Assembly (NCBI GenBank): GCA_963841435.1
Contig: CAWJCS010000002.1
Location: forward strand, 1,088,001 to 1,152,000
DNA length: 64,000 bases
Origin: an uncultured delta proteobacterium
GTDB taxonomy: Bacteria; Myxococcota_A; Polyangia; Polyangiales; Polyangiaceae
Direction of reading: 5' to 3'
The notes under the pieces were generated by a model, which was given only the letters and a program-made list of their open reading frames with translations, did not search any database and was not told the DNA's origin. Position numbers and translations under genes: made by a program. Within the stretch, counting starts at the first letter, position 1, and each line of letters begins with the position of its first letter. Shown here in pieces: positions 1-10,546 of the stretch.

Positions 1-627
1 AAGGGGTTCATCGCGATCGGCCAGGAGGCTCGCGGCGTGATCGCGATCGGGCAGATCGCGACGGGGGTCATTGCCATCGGGCAGGCGGCCCGGGGTTGTT
101 TCACGCTGGGGCAGCTGGCCTTCGGGTTCGTCGGGTGGGGGCAGGTGGGGTTCGGCTTGCTGCATGCCGTGGGCATGGCGGGAGTCGGCGGGCGCGGGCT
201 CGGGCTCGTGCTGCGGCTCGTCCCCGGCGTCGGTCGCGCGCGCCTTCCGCCGGACACCATCGCCGTCGAGCAGGCGCTCTCGGGCAGCGCGGGCTGGGTC
301 GAAGCCGAGCTGTTCTACGATTCGCACGGTCTGGGCCTCGGGACCCAGGGTCGGCGCCTGCCCGTGAAGTTCGATCGCTGGCTCGTCGGGGCGGCCCAGA
401 CCCTGACCATTCACGGGTCGAAGTCGGTCTGGGCGTACCTCCGGACGCTCGACGGCGTCGTCGTCTGCCAGCGCATCCAGCACGCGCCACCGCGTCCGTT
501 CGAGCGCCCGGGCTTTTATGGGCTCGCCGCCGTGCAATTCGTCGGGCTCCTCATCATGGCGACGGTCTGGTGGCGCGTCGTCGGCTTCGAGCTCGCCCAA
601 ATCCTCTCCGAGGTCGCGAGCGGCTGA
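1..627 (+). CDS. Membrane protein with 10-residue G-x-I-A-I-G-Q repeats (5' partial)
   Basis: Frame open from base 1: KGFIAIGQEARGVIAIGQIATGVIAIGQAARGCFTLGQLAFG; C-terminal hydrophobic helix. Confidence 0.75.
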   Translation, partial: KGFIAIGQEARGVIAIGQIATGVIAIGQAARGCFTLGQLAFGFVGWGQVGFGLLHAVGMAGVGGRGLGLVLRLVPGVGRARLPPDTIAVEQALSGSAGWVEAELFYDSHGLGLGTQGRRLPVKFDRWLVGAAQTLTIHGSKSVWAYLRTLDGVVVCQRIQHAPPRPFERPGFYGLAAVQFVGLLIMATVWWRVVGFELAQILSEVASG

Positions 628-628
628 T

Positions 629-2425
629 TCAACGGCGACTCGCGGCCGGGCTGCCGTCACGCACGAGGATCCAGGTGACGATGCCGGTCGTCGAGTGCAG
701 GCGTACGGGGTCGAGCCCGAGCGCGTGCGCCCACGCGGGCAGGCTCGGTCGAGCGACGAGCGCGATGTGGTAGCCAGGGAGCTCGTTCGACGTCGCGAGC
801 CGCACGAAATGCCCCGTGTCGCGGTCGGCGCGGCGTTCCTCGACCACGCGCGAGAGCGTCTGTCCGTGCCCTGCGGGCTCGACCAGATACGCGTTGGCGA
901 ACCCCTCGGAGATCACGAGCACGTCCGGACGGCGCCCCGTAGCGTCGGCGATCGGGGCCTTTATCTCGCGCACACCGACGAGCGGATTGCGGGACCGAGG
1001 GGGGTCCGGCCCGACGCGGGTCACGTGGTACGGCGAGCGCTCGGAGACGTCGAAGTGCGGCGCGTACACCGTGAGCCCGTATGTTTCGACGCTCGAGCCT
1101 GGGGGCAGCGTCGAGAGCCAGGCGCGCACGGCCCTGCGGCCGTCGTCGAGCTGCGTCAGGTGCACGGCGAAGCTCTTCACGCCCGCCCATGCGAGCGACA
1201 CGACGAGCGCCGCGCGCACGAGCGGTAGCGCCAGGCTGGGTCCGCGAGCCGAAAGCCCGAGCAGGGCGTCCGCGGCGACGCCCCCGTACGCGGAGAGGAA
1301 CAGGCCGAGCGGCAGGAGAAAGCGCGCCTCCGAGCGCGCCACGGGCAGCGTGAAGAACGCGAAGCTCGAGAGCGCCGCGACGAACGGTAAGAGGCGCGCC
1401 GCGCGGCCGCCGAGCGGCGGCTCACCCGGCCGCGCGAGCGCGGCCACGACGACGCCGAGCCAGGCGATGCCCAGCGCGGGAAAGGGCCAGTAGAGGCTCG
1501 GCTCGGCGACGAGCGCGTCGCGGACGTTGGCGAGCACTCCGCCGAGATCGCGAGCGTAACCGCGCCAGGCCTGGCTGTTTCCGCCCGTGAGCATCCGAAG
1601 CCGCACGAGGTAGCCGGTCGGGTTCAGGAGCGCGCCGCTCAAAAGGCCGTAGCCGAGCGCGCCCAAGCCGGCCGCGCGCGCGAGTTCGCGGGACGGAAAG
1701 CGCTCCCCGCGCCGCCTGCCCAAAAGCGGCACCACCACGAGGTAGAGCGGCAGCACGAGCACGAAGCTCGCGTACGCCTGGTCCTTCGTGGCGACGGCCG
1801 CCGCGGCGAAGAGCGCGACGCGGCGAAAGGCGCGTGCGTCGCCGAGCTCGAGCACGTCGAGCACGGCATCGAGCGCGAAGACGACGTACGTGAGGCACGG
1901 CACGTCGAGGTTCGACACGCGACCGTAGAACGCGAAGGTGAGATTGGTGGCGGCGAATGCCGCGGCGAACCGCGCGGCCCGCGCGCCGAACGTGCGGCGC
2001 ACGATGCGCGCGAGGACGAGCAGCGCGAGCGCCGCCATGGCGATGGCCACCCCTTTCGCGATCAACGAGATACCCGTCATGCACGGGACGGACAGCACGC
2101 GCTCGCGGATCGCCTCGGCCGAAAGCGGCCCCGAAAGGAGCGCAGGTAAAAGCACGGGCAATGAGAGGACGACGAGCAGCAGGCTGTGCAGGAGCGGATA
2201 CTGATGCGCGTGGCCCGGCGTGAGATTGAACGCGAGACACGCGAACAGGTCGCGTGGGGCGATGCCGTCGTTTTCCCAGCCGTGCGATCCGGGCAGGTCC
2301 CAGGTGAGCGTCGGTAGCTGGCTCACGACGAAGGCGAGCGCCACGGCGCTGGTCGGCCGGTCCTCGCCGACGAGCCGCGCGGCGCTGCGGACCAACGACG
2401 AAATGGGGTGCCGGGCGCTCCACAC
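629..2425 (-). CDS. ArnT/PMT-like (GT-C fold) membrane glycosyltransferase
   Basis: Many hydrophobic segments; N-terminal loop WENDG; NLDVP and ATKDQAY motifs; located among glycosyltransferases. GTG start at 2425 is a best guess. Confidence 0.7.
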   Translation of the reverse strand: MWSARHPISSLVRSAARLVGEDRPTSAVALAFVVSQLPTLTWDLPGSHGWENDGIAPRDLFACLAFNLTPGHAHQYPLLHSLLLVVLSLPVLLPALLSGPLSAEAIRERVLSVPCMTGISLIAKGVAIAMAALALLVLARIVRRTFGARAARFAAAFAATNLTFAFYGRVSNLDVPCLTYVVFALDAVLDVLELGDARAFRRVALFAAAAVATKDQAYASFVLVLPLYLVVVPLLGRRRGERFPSRELARAAGLGALGYGLLSGALLNPTGYLVRLRMLTGGNSQAWRGYARDLGGVLANVRDALVAEPSLYWPFPALGIAWLGVVVAALARPGEPPLGGRAARLLPFVAALSSFAFFTLPVARSEARFLLPLGLFLSAYGGVAADALLGLSARGPSLALPLVRAALVVSLAWAGVKSFAVHLTQLDDGRRAVRAWLSTLPPGSSVETYGLTVYAPHFDVSERSPYHVTRVGPDPPRSRNPLVGVREIKAPIADATGRRPDVLVISEGFANAYLVEPAGHGQTLSRVVEERRADRDTGHFVRLATSNELPGYHIALVARPSLPAWAHALGLDPVRLHSTTGIVTWILVRDGSPAASRR

Positions 2426-2480
2426 GCCCGCCGACGAGTACCACGAAGCAGGTCGCCATCCGAGCGGGCGGACGCGTGGT

Positions 2481-3572
2481 ATGACCGGGCCGGTGCCGCC
2501 GCCCCTCGTCTCCGTCGACGCCCGCATGCTGCGCTCGACGGGCATCGGCACCTATCTGACGGCCCTTCTACCGCGCTTGATCGAGCGCCTCCCGGAAGCA
2601 CGGTTTTGCCTTTTGGGGCGCGAGGAAGAGCTTTCGGGGCTCGTGGCCGATGGTCGCGTCACGGTGCGCTCGCTCGGTGCCGGTGTGTACGGTGCGCTCG
2701 AGCAGCCGGCCCTCTTCGCTCGGACACCGCGGGCGACGCGCGTGTTCTGGTCGCCGCACGTGAACGTGCCGCTCGTCTCGCCGGGCCGCCTGCTCGTCAC
2801 GGTGCACGATGCCTTCTACGCGAGGCCTCCGGCCGGCGCGCGGCCGCGCTTCGACAAGGCGCTCTACCTCGGCGGTCTCATGCGGGTGCTCAGGTACCGC
2901 GCGTCGGCCGTCGTGTGCGTGTCGGAGTTCACGAAGAGCGAGCTTTTGCGCCTGCTCGGCCGCTTCCGCGCGCCCATCACCGTGGTGCCGAACGGGCTCG
3001 AGCCGCTCTGGTTCGAGCGGGCGAAAGCGCCGAGCCCTCACGGCAAGCCGTACCTCTTGTTCGTCGGGAACCTGAAGCCTCACAAGAATCTCGCGCGCAC
3101 GCTGATGGCCTTCGAGCGCGTCGCGGACCGCGTGCCGCACGATTTCCTGATCGTGGGCGGTGGAGACGCGGCCTCGTTCCAGCGGGTCGTCGGCCCGGCG
3201 CTATGGCCCAGGCTGCGGTTCCTCGGCCCGCTGCCGACGGAGGCACTCAAGGTGACGATGACGCACGCCGCGGGGCTCGTGCTCGCCTCGCTCTACGAGG
3301 GGTTCGGCCTGCCGCCACTCGAGGCGATGGCACTCGGCATCCCCGTGCTCGTGTCGCGCTCGGCGTCGCTGCCGGAGGTGTGCGGCGACGCGGCGATCTA
3401 CTGCGACGCCGAGTCGGTCGAGGACATCGCGCGGGGCATCGAGCGGCTCCTCACCGACGACGCGGTGAGGTGCGAGCTGTCGAGCGCCGGTCCCCGTCGT
3501 GCCCGCCTGTTCGACTGGGATCGCGCGGCCTCGACGATGAGCGACGTCTTGCGCGGGATGTTGAACGCGTGA
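2481..3572 (+). CDS. Glycosyltransferase family 4 (MtfB/WbaZ-like)
   Basis: [42 protein letters not shown] motifs. Confidence 0.9.
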   Translation: MTGPVPPPLVSVDARMLRSTGIGTYLTALLPRLIERLPEARFCLLGREEELSGLVADGRVTVRSLGAGVYGALEQPALFARTPRATRVFWSPHVNVPLVSPGRLLVTVHDAFYARPPAGARPRFDKALYLGGLMRVLRYRASAVVCVSEFTKSELLRLLGRFRAPITVVPNGLEPLWFERAKAPSPHGKPYLLFVGNLKPHKNLARTLMAFERVADRVPHDFLIVGGGDAASFQRVVGPALWPRLRFLGPLPTEALKVTMTHAAGLVLASLYEGFGLPPLEAMALGIPVLVSRSASLPEVCGDAAIYCDAESVEDIARGIERLLTDDAVRCELSSAGPRRARLFDWDRAASTMSDVLRGMLNA

Positions 3573-3592
3573 CGATGAAGGGCGTCGGTCCG

Positions 3593-4726
3593 TCAGGTGT
3601 CGAGGGCCGCGAGCGTCCGGTCGACCACGCGATCCCAGGTGAATTCGGCGAGCACGCGCTCTCGGCCGCGCCTGCCGAGCTCCGCCCGTCGCGCCGGGTC
3701 GGAAAAAAGCGCCACGAGAGCCGCCGCGAGCTCCTCGGGCGCATTCGGCGGCACGAGCACGCCCGTGACGCCGTCGGCGACCGCATCGGGGATCCCGCCG
3801 GCACGCGTGGCCACGACGGGCCTCTCGCACGCCGCGGCTTCGAGGAACACGATGCCGAAGCCCTCGACGTCGGGCGGCTCGCTGCGCGACGGCATGACGA
3901 ACACGTCTCCGAGCGAATAGTAGAGGGGCAGCTCGTCGTCCGAGACGGCTCCCACGAAGCGCACGCTCTCTTCGATGCCGAGCCGCGCCGCGTGCGCCGC
4001 GAGCGCGGGGGCCTCGGGGCCGTCGCCCGCCACGACGTACACCAGGTCGGGCACCGCCTCGCGGATCCTCGCGAACGCGTCGAGCACGGTGTCGATGCCC
4101 TTGCGCGCGACGAGGCGCGCTATCGTGAAGAGGACGGGCCGCGTGCCGAGCCCGAGGCGCACGCGGAGCTCGCTCGCGTCGAGTGGCCTGAAGCGATTCG
4201 GGTCCGTGCCGTAGTGCGTGATGCGAATGCGCTCGGGCGAGACGCCGAGATCGCGGGCGAGCCCCGCCGTGAACGCACTGCCCGCGAGCACGCGGTCGGC
4301 GCGCCCGAGCGCCGTGCGGCGCACGCCCTCGTAGCCCCGCCGCGCGACGCCCACGCGGGTCCACGGCTCGAGCAAAAGCTCGCGGCCATGCGCGGCAACG
4401 GCGACGCGTTCGATCCGCCCGACGGCGCGCAGCCCGAGCGCCGCGGGCACGGTGCTCCACTGCGCGTGCAGCGTGCGGTCGTAACCGCGTTTGATGACGA
4501 GCCGCGCGAGCGCGGGGGCGCTCGCGGCGACGAGCGTGTTGGGCGTCCCGACGCGCACGACACCGAGGCCGAGCTCGAGGTCCGCCTCGCGGCCGCCCGG
4601 CACGTCGGGCGCGACGACGGCGAACGCCTCGCAAGCGACGGAAAGGCGCTTCGCGACCTCGACGGCCCAGGTCTGGATACCTCCCCGCCGCGGCGCGAAG
4701 TCCTGTGTGACCAGCACGAGCCGCAC
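3593..4726 (-). CDS. Glycosyltransferase family 4 (PimB-like)
   Basis: VTQDFAPRRGGIQ, ARLVARKGID, EGFGIVFLEAAAC..GGIPDAVADG; GTG start at 4726. Confidence 0.9.
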   Translation of the reverse strand: MRLVLVTQDFAPRRGGIQTWAVEVAKRLSVACEAFAVVAPDVPGGREADLELGLGVVRVGTPNTLVAASAPALARLVIKRGYDRTLHAQWSTVPAALGLRAVGRIERVAVAAHGRELLLEPWTRVGVARRGYEGVRRTALGRADRVLAGSAFTAGLARDLGVSPERIRITHYGTDPNRFRPLDASELRVRLGLGTRPVLFTIARLVARKGIDTVLDAFARIREAVPDLVYVVAGDGPEAPALAAHAARLGIEESVRFVGAVSDDELPLYYSLGDVFVMPSRSEPPDVEGFGIVFLEAAACERPVVATRAGGIPDAVADGVTGVLVPPNAPEELAAALVALFSDPARRAELGRRGRERVLAEFTWDRVVDRTLAALDT

Positions 4727-4776
4727 GCGGGCACCATAGCAAAGACGCGCCGTGCTCGCTTTGTGGGAGGATCTTC

Positions 4777-6033
4777 GTGACGGGGCCGGTCGTCGAGTAC
4801 GTACACCGTGCTCTCGACACCGTCGGTGGCGCCGAGGTGCTGCTTGCCGACCAGACGCGCTTTCTCGCCGCTCGAGGCTTCTCTCCGCGCGTCCGTGCGC
4901 TGCTCTTCGATGCGCGAAGCTGGCAGTCGAAGCTCGAGGGTGTGCCCGTCGATGCCTGGCGGATGGTGGAAGGCGACGTGCCGCGGCCACGGCTCACGCG
5001 GACGCTCGGACCGCGGCGCCTCGCGTGGTTGCTCGCCGATCTCGAGCGAGCCGACGCCGCCATCGCGTACGCCTTCCCCGTGTCCACGGCGCTCGGCGAG
5101 GCGCGCTGTCGCGGAGCTCGCATCTGGTACTGCCTCGAGGCGCCTCGCTGGCTCCACCCCGAGGAGGCCAACCCGTACCTTGCGAAGAACGCCGCTCGTG
5201 CGCCCGCACGCCACGGGCCGAAGCGCTACCTCACGTCGCTCGCGAGCCCGATCGGGGGCCTGCCGCTCGTCGGCCGCCGCCGTCCGAGCCGGCGCGAGGC
5301 CGACCGGCGCGGCGTCGCGGGGCTCGACGCGCTCTGGGCCCTCAGCGAGTACACTCGCGACAGCGTGCGCCGCATCTATCCGGGAAGGGACGCGGAGGTG
5401 ATCTTCCCGATGGTGACTTTCCCGGAGCGCCCCCGGCGCCGCCCCGGCCTCGTCCGCGACGGGATCGGGGTGCTCAGCGTGACGCGCCTGATGTGGGAAA
5501 AAAACCTCGATACGCTGCTCGACGGCTTCGCGCTCTTTCGTCGACGCACCGATCCGCGTGCCACCCTCGACATCGTGGGCAGTGGCCCGGCGCGTGAGTC
5601 GCTCGGCGAGCAGGTGGCATCGCTCGGCCTCGCCGGCGCCGTTCGCTTCCATGGCTTCTTGCCCGAAAAGGAGCTCGCCGAGCTCGCGGGCCGCTCGGAC
5701 GTGTTCGCGTGCCTGCCGCTCGACGAGCCCTTCGGTCTGATCTTCCCCGAAGCGATCGCGCGCGGCCTCTTGGTGCTCGGTCCCGATCACGGCGGGCCCG
5801 TGGAGATCCTCGACGAGGGTCGCTACGGCGAGCTCGCGGACCCGCTCGATCCCGAGGCCGTTGCCGAGGGGCTCGCGCGGCTGTCGCGCCTCGCCGATAC
5901 GGAGGCCGACGGGCGCCGCGCCGCCGCCGACGCGGCGTGTCGCGAGCGCTTCTCGACCGAGGTCGTGGGAGCGCGCCTCTTGACGCTGCTCGCCCGCCAC
6001 GGGCTCGGGTCGCCCGCAGGGGGCACGCCGTGA
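4777..6033 (+). CDS. Glycosyltransferase family 4
   Basis: GGAE near the N-terminus, RLMWEKN, EPFGLIFPEAIARG. Confidence 0.85.
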   Translation: MTGPVVEYVHRALDTVGGAEVLLADQTRFLAARGFSPRVRALLFDARSWQSKLEGVPVDAWRMVEGDVPRPRLTRTLGPRRLAWLLADLERADAAIAYAFPVSTALGEARCRGARIWYCLEAPRWLHPEEANPYLAKNAARAPARHGPKRYLTSLASPIGGLPLVGRRRPSRREADRRGVAGLDALWALSEYTRDSVRRIYPGRDAEVIFPMVTFPERPRRRPGLVRDGIGVLSVTRLMWEKNLDTLLDGFALFRRRTDPRATLDIVGSGPARESLGEQVASLGLAGAVRFHGFLPEKELAELAGRSDVFACLPLDEPFGLIFPEAIARGLLVLGPDHGGPVEILDEGRYGELADPLDPEAVAEGLARLSRLADTEADGRRAAADAACRERFSTEVVGARLLTLLARHGLGSPAGGTP

Positions 6034-7265
6034 GCGCGGACCGCCTCACCATCGTCTGCCTGTCGTCCCAGCCGTGGCACGACGGCATGTGGACCAACAA
6101 GCAGCACGTGATGAGCCGCCTCGGCCGCGAGCATCGCGTGCTGTTCGTGAATTTCGGCCCCCGGCCGTTGCCCGAGCTTTTGCGGCTCAAATCGGCGCGA
6201 GGGCAGGGCGGTGGTCCGATCGAGCGCGTGCTCGCCCCGGCGTCCGAGGATCAGGCGGGCGTCACGGTTCTCGACTTTCTGGGGCTTCGCGCCGGCGTGC
6301 GCGCGCTCGGTCCGAGCCATCCGTGGTCGGTCTACGCCACCTTCGACATCCGCTTGAACCTGCTCCGGCGCTACCTTCGCCGCGAGGGCATCCTGGACGC
6401 CGTGCTCTGGGTCTATCACCCGGGCTACGGTCCCAAGGTGAACGAGCTTCCGCACCGGCTCGTCGTCTACGATTGCGTTGACGAATTCAGCGAGTTTCCG
6501 GAGTACAAGGCGAACCCCGATTGGCTCGTCGCACGCGAGCGCGAGCTCTGCCGCACCGCGGACATCGTCTTCACGACGAGCCGCGGGCTCTACGACAAGA
6601 AGCGCGCCCTTTCGCCCGATCGAACGAAGCTCGTGCACAACGTCGGCGATTTTTCGCACTTTTCCCGGGCTCGCGACGACGAGGCGCGCGTTCCGGACGA
6701 TCTTCGCACGCTGCCTCGCCCGATCGTCGGCTTCGTGGGCGCCGTGAGCGAATACAAGCTCGACATCGACTGGCTCCTTGCGCTCGCGCGGCGTCACCGC
6801 GAGCTCAGCATCGTGCTCGTGGGTCCCGCCGGCGTGGGTGACGCCGCCACCGACGTGGCTCGGCTCGCCGCGGAGCCGAACGTGCACCTGCTCGGGCACC
6901 GCCCCTACGAAACCTTGCCCGGCTACGTGAAGGGCTTCGACGTCGCCGTCATTCCCTATCGGAAAAACGAGTACACGGCGAACGTCTTTCCCATCAAGTT
7001 CTTCGAGCTCCTCGCGAGCGGCAAGCCCGTCGTCATCAGCGACCTGCCCGCGCTCACCGACTACTACGACTACGTGCTCGTCGCCCGCGACGCCGACGGC
7101 TTCGTGCGTGCCTGCGAGCAGGCCCTCGCCGAGCCGCAGGCGGGCGTCGAAGCGCGGCTCGCGCTCGCACGCGAAAATACCTGGGAGCACCGCGTCGAGC
7201 GCTTGATGACCCACGTGCGCGAGGCCCTCGCCGAAAAGCCCGCGCCGAGGGGCGAGGCGTCGTGA
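6030..7265 (+). CDS. Glycosyltransferase (TuaH-like, GT-B)
   Basis: WTNKQH, VYDCVDEFS, FDVAVIPY, FPIKFFELLASGKPVV; GTG overlaps the upstream stop (GTGA). Confidence 0.85.
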   Translation: MSADRLTIVCLSSQPWHDGMWTNKQHVMSRLGREHRVLFVNFGPRPLPELLRLKSARGQGGGPIERVLAPASEDQAGVTVLDFLGLRAGVRALGPSHPWSVYATFDIRLNLLRRYLRREGILDAVLWVYHPGYGPKVNELPHRLVVYDCVDEFSEFPEYKANPDWLVARERELCRTADIVFTTSRGLYDKKRALSPDRTKLVHNVGDFSHFSRARDDEARVPDDLRTLPRPIVGFVGAVSEYKLDIDWLLALARRHRELSIVLVGPAGVGDAATDVARLAAEPNVHLLGHRPYETLPGYVKGFDVAVIPYRKNEYTANVFPIKFFELLASGKPVVISDLPALTDYYDYVLVARDADGFVRACEQALAEPQAGVEARLALARENTWEHRVERLMTHVREALAEKPAPRGEAS

Positions 7266-8819
7266 GCGCGAGCCCCGAGCTCGAGCCGAGCGCCCCCTCG
7301 TCGCCCTTCCCCGGGCAGCCGCCGCCGCGCATCGATCCGGCGCGGCAGGCGGGCATCCTCGTGCTCGGCACGACGTTGGCGACGCTCTCGTCGGCGCTCA
7401 CGCCCCTGCTCGTCGTGCGCCTGATCGGCAAGGCCGACGTTCGGCCGGCTCCTGTCCGTGACGCTCGTCTACGAGACGGTCGCGATGCTGCTCAGTACGG
7501 GCTTTCCGTACACGCTGCTCTACCAGCTGAGCAATCGGCCGGGGCCCGAGCGCGGCGCCATTGCGCGCCGCATCGCGACGATTGCGTTCGGCATGGGTGC
7601 GGGCGGCGCCGTGCTCGTCGAGCTCGTGTCGCTCGGGCTGCGTGCCCACGTGTTCGGCTTCCAGCCGTCGGCGACGTTGGACGCGCAGCTCGGCATGTTG
7701 CTCGTGCTCGCGCCGTCCCTCGCCGCAGACCTGCCGTTTCGCCTCATGCCGAACCTGCTGGTCGCCGAGGGGCTGGCGCGCCGCTCGGCAGGCTTGCAGG
7801 TGGTGCGCACCATCGCGCTCACCTTGGCGACGCTCGTCCCGCTCGCCCTTCAGGCGAGCGTCCCGACGGTGATCGTCTGCTACGCCGTCGTGCGCTGGAC
7901 GTTCGGCCTTTTCGTGCTTTCCGAGCTCAGGCGCCTCTACCACGGCCTGCCGCGCGTCCCGGTGCCGCTCAGCACGGGCGCGTTCTGGCGCTTCGCGATC
8001 CCGATGGGCGCTACCGAAGCGGTGGGGCTCATGAACCAGCAGCTCGATCGCTGGCTCGTTCTCCTCGCTCTGCCGGCGGCCCGCTTCGCCGAATATCAGG
8101 TTGGCGCCTGGCAGGTGCCGATCATCGGTACCATCGCCTACTCGGTGGGCGCTGCCTATACGCCGCAGCTCGTGAAGCACTTTCAGGCGCGGGATCCGAA
8201 CGGAGCCCTCGCCATCTGGCAAAGGGGCATTCACAAGACGGCGCTCCTCGTCGTCCCGGTGACGATGGCGCTCTTCGTCTCTGCCGAGGAGCTCGTCACT
8301 GTGCTCTTCACGAAGGAGTACAGCGCGGCTGCGACGGTGTTTCGCTTCTACTCGGTGCTCACCTTTCTCCGGGTGGCGTCGTTCGGCACCGTGATCGTTG
8401 CCGCTGGGCGGCCGGGTTACGTCCTCCGCGCCGCCGTGCTCGGGCTCGTCTACAATGCCGTCTTCGGCATCCCGCTAGTGCTTGCGCTCGGCTTCATCGG
8501 GCCGGCCGTGGGCGCCGCCGTCGCTTTCGTGCTCCAGGTCGCGACCTATGTATTTTTCATCGCGCGCGCCGCCGAGCTGCCTATTTCCGGAATCTTTCCC
8601 CTTGCTCGCTACGCTCGCGTCCTCGCCCTCGCCGGGGTTGGCGGGTTCGTCGGCTACGCTGCCAAGCGCTCGCTTTCGGGTCCGCCGGCCCTGATGTTGG
8701 CCGTCGAAGTGGTCAGCGTGCTCGTCGTCTTCGCCCTGCTGGGCACGCTCACCCGCACGATCGAGCGGGAAGACTGGGCCTACCTCCGTGACTGGCTCAA
8801 GCTCAAGGTCGTGCGCTAG
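7262..8819 (+). CDS. Wzx-type oligosaccharide flippase, apparent +1 frameshift at ~7440
   Basis: ORF 7262 gives the N-terminal helix (AGILVLGTTLATL..VRLIGKADV). Removing one T at 7440-7441 joins it to ORF 7458-8819 (DVGRLLSVTLVYE), which is multi-TM with LDRWLV. Confidence 0.8.
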
Positions 8820-8846
8820 GCTGCCTGCCTGCACCGTCAGTCTTCG

Positions 8847-9536
8847 ATGTCCGAAACGCCCGCACCGCTCGACACCCGGTCGCCGCACTACCTCGGCGAG
8901 CCGGGCCAAAAGTATTTCCAATATCAGCACCAGGGTGGCTTGCTGCGCGGGCGCCTGAACGCACGCACCAAGTTCGCGCGCTTCGTGCGCCCAGAGCATG
9001 CGGTGCTGGACTTCGGCTGCGGCGGCGGGACACTGCTGGCGAGCCTCGACTGTGCCAGAAAGCTCGGCGTCGAGATAAACCCGGTCGCACGCGCAGAGGC
9101 TGCCGCCCATGAGATCGAAGTGCACGACTCACTCGCCAGCGTTCCAGACGGCGTGGCGGATCTCGTCGTCTCGAACCACGCGCTCGAACACGTGTCCAAT
9201 CCGCTACAGGCGCTCCGCGACATGAGACCAAAGCTCAAGGCGCAGGGCAAGCTCGTGCTAGTGGTTCCGATCGACGACTGGCGCGGCCAGCCCGACTTCG
9301 ATGCCAGCGATATCGACCACCATCTCTACACCTGGACGCCTCGTTTGCTCGGTAACCTGCTCGCCGAAGCGGGCTACTCCGTCAACGGGATTTCGGTGCT
9401 GACCCACGCCTGGTTTCCCAGGTGGGAGCGCTGGATCGACCGCCTTCCTTCACCGGTCTTCGACGCCCTGTGCGGCGCGTATGCGGTCGTCGTGCGCCGG
9501 CGCCAGCTTGTCGCCGTAGCCATCCCCAAGCCGTGA
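8847..9536 (+). CDS. Class I SAM-dependent methyltransferase
   Basis: VLDFGCGGG motif I; NHALEHV. Confidence 0.88.
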   Translation: MSETPAPLDTRSPHYLGEPGQKYFQYQHQGGLLRGRLNARTKFARFVRPEHAVLDFGCGGGTLLASLDCARKLGVEINPVARAEAAAHEIEVHDSLASVPDGVADLVVSNHALEHVSNPLQALRDMRPKLKAQGKLVLVVPIDDWRGQPDFDASDIDHHLYTWTPRLLGNLLAEAGYSVNGISVLTHAWFPRWERWIDRLPSPVFDALCGAYAVVVRRRQLVAVAIPKP

Positions 9537-9539
9537 GCA

Positions 9540-10388
9540 TCATCTCACGGCACTCAGCTGCGCGTAGCAAATCCACGTGTAAAATTGGGCCTCGGCCGCG
9601 AAGAGCTTGAACGCATTCGGAAGAGCTTCCTCGGTGAACAGCGCTTCGGGAGTTGGGTAGCGTTCGTTCGACCACGGGTCTCCCCAGCGCGTCGTTGCCG
9701 AGCGGACGACGGGGGGAAATTCGAAGTAGCGTTCGAGCAGGCAGAGCTCCGGTGGTATCGCGTCCCGCCGGCTGAGCGCGGAACGGAGCTTTTCCGTCAA
9801 GCGCGAGGTGAGATCGCGCGCGGTGGGGGGCGGCTCCCCGGAACATGCCTGCTTGAGCGAGTAGCAGTCGCCCCGTCCTACGGGGTAATTGTCCTCGAAG
9901 ATCAAATGTCGGAAGCCGAGCTTTGCTGCCGTGCGCACTCGGAGCAGCTCGTCCTGATGATCATCGAAGAAGAGCAGCGTGCCTTCCCTCGGGAGGTCCC
10001 ACGAAACCTCGGAGAAATCATCCGTCCGATACTCTGCTCGGGCCGAGCGGTAAATTCTGGCGCTCGGATCGGGGTCCATGCAGACGAGACGGGCTTTGGG
10101 TGCCGCCTGCTCAAGGAGCCAGGTCCCGAGGCCTTTGAAGACTCCGCTCTCGACGATCGCGCGAGGGGCGAGCTTCCGAACCATGAACCAAGTGGCAAAC
10201 AGGTGGGGGGCGCGCATCCCGCCTTGGTTGTCGCGAATAGGCCGTTCCGCGTAGAGCTCGAGAAAAGCCGGAATCGTGGCGACGATCTCTTCGCGAGAGA
10301 CCGAGTCGAACCCGTCCAGGGCCTGACTACCGAACGCGTCAGCTGAAGCGGCGCCTTGCACCAGAGTGGGAGCTTTGCCCGCGTTCAC
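9540..10388 (-). CDS. Putative methyltransferase-fold protein
   Basis: IVESGVFKGLGTW, FFDDHQ and IFEDNY resemble class I MTase-like motifs; lower-GC codon usage. Confidence 0.65.
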   Translation of the reverse strand: MNAGKAPTLVQGAASADAFGSQALDGFDSVSREEIVATIPAFLELYAERPIRDNQGGMRAPHLFATWFMVRKLAPRAIVESGVFKGLGTWLLEQAAPKARLVCMDPDPSARIYRSARAEYRTDDFSEVSWDLPREGTLLFFDDHQDELLRVRTAAKLGFRHLIFEDNYPVGRGDCYSLKQACSGEPPPTARDLTSRLTEKLRSALSRRDAIPPELCLLERYFEFPPVVRSATTRWGDPWSNERYPTPEALFTEEALPNAFKLFAAEAQFYTWICYAQLSAVR

Positions 10389-10546
10389 CGTCCGGCGAAC
10401 GTTACCACATGCGATGGCGAAGAGTGGGGCCCCCTCGCTCTGGCCCGGCGAATCCGCTTGCCGTCCATTTCGCGCCGTGCCATTCGCGGGAACGCGAGAG
10501 GTGAGCTAACGAATGCGCCTGGGGCGCGGGGCATGCGAGGGAAGCA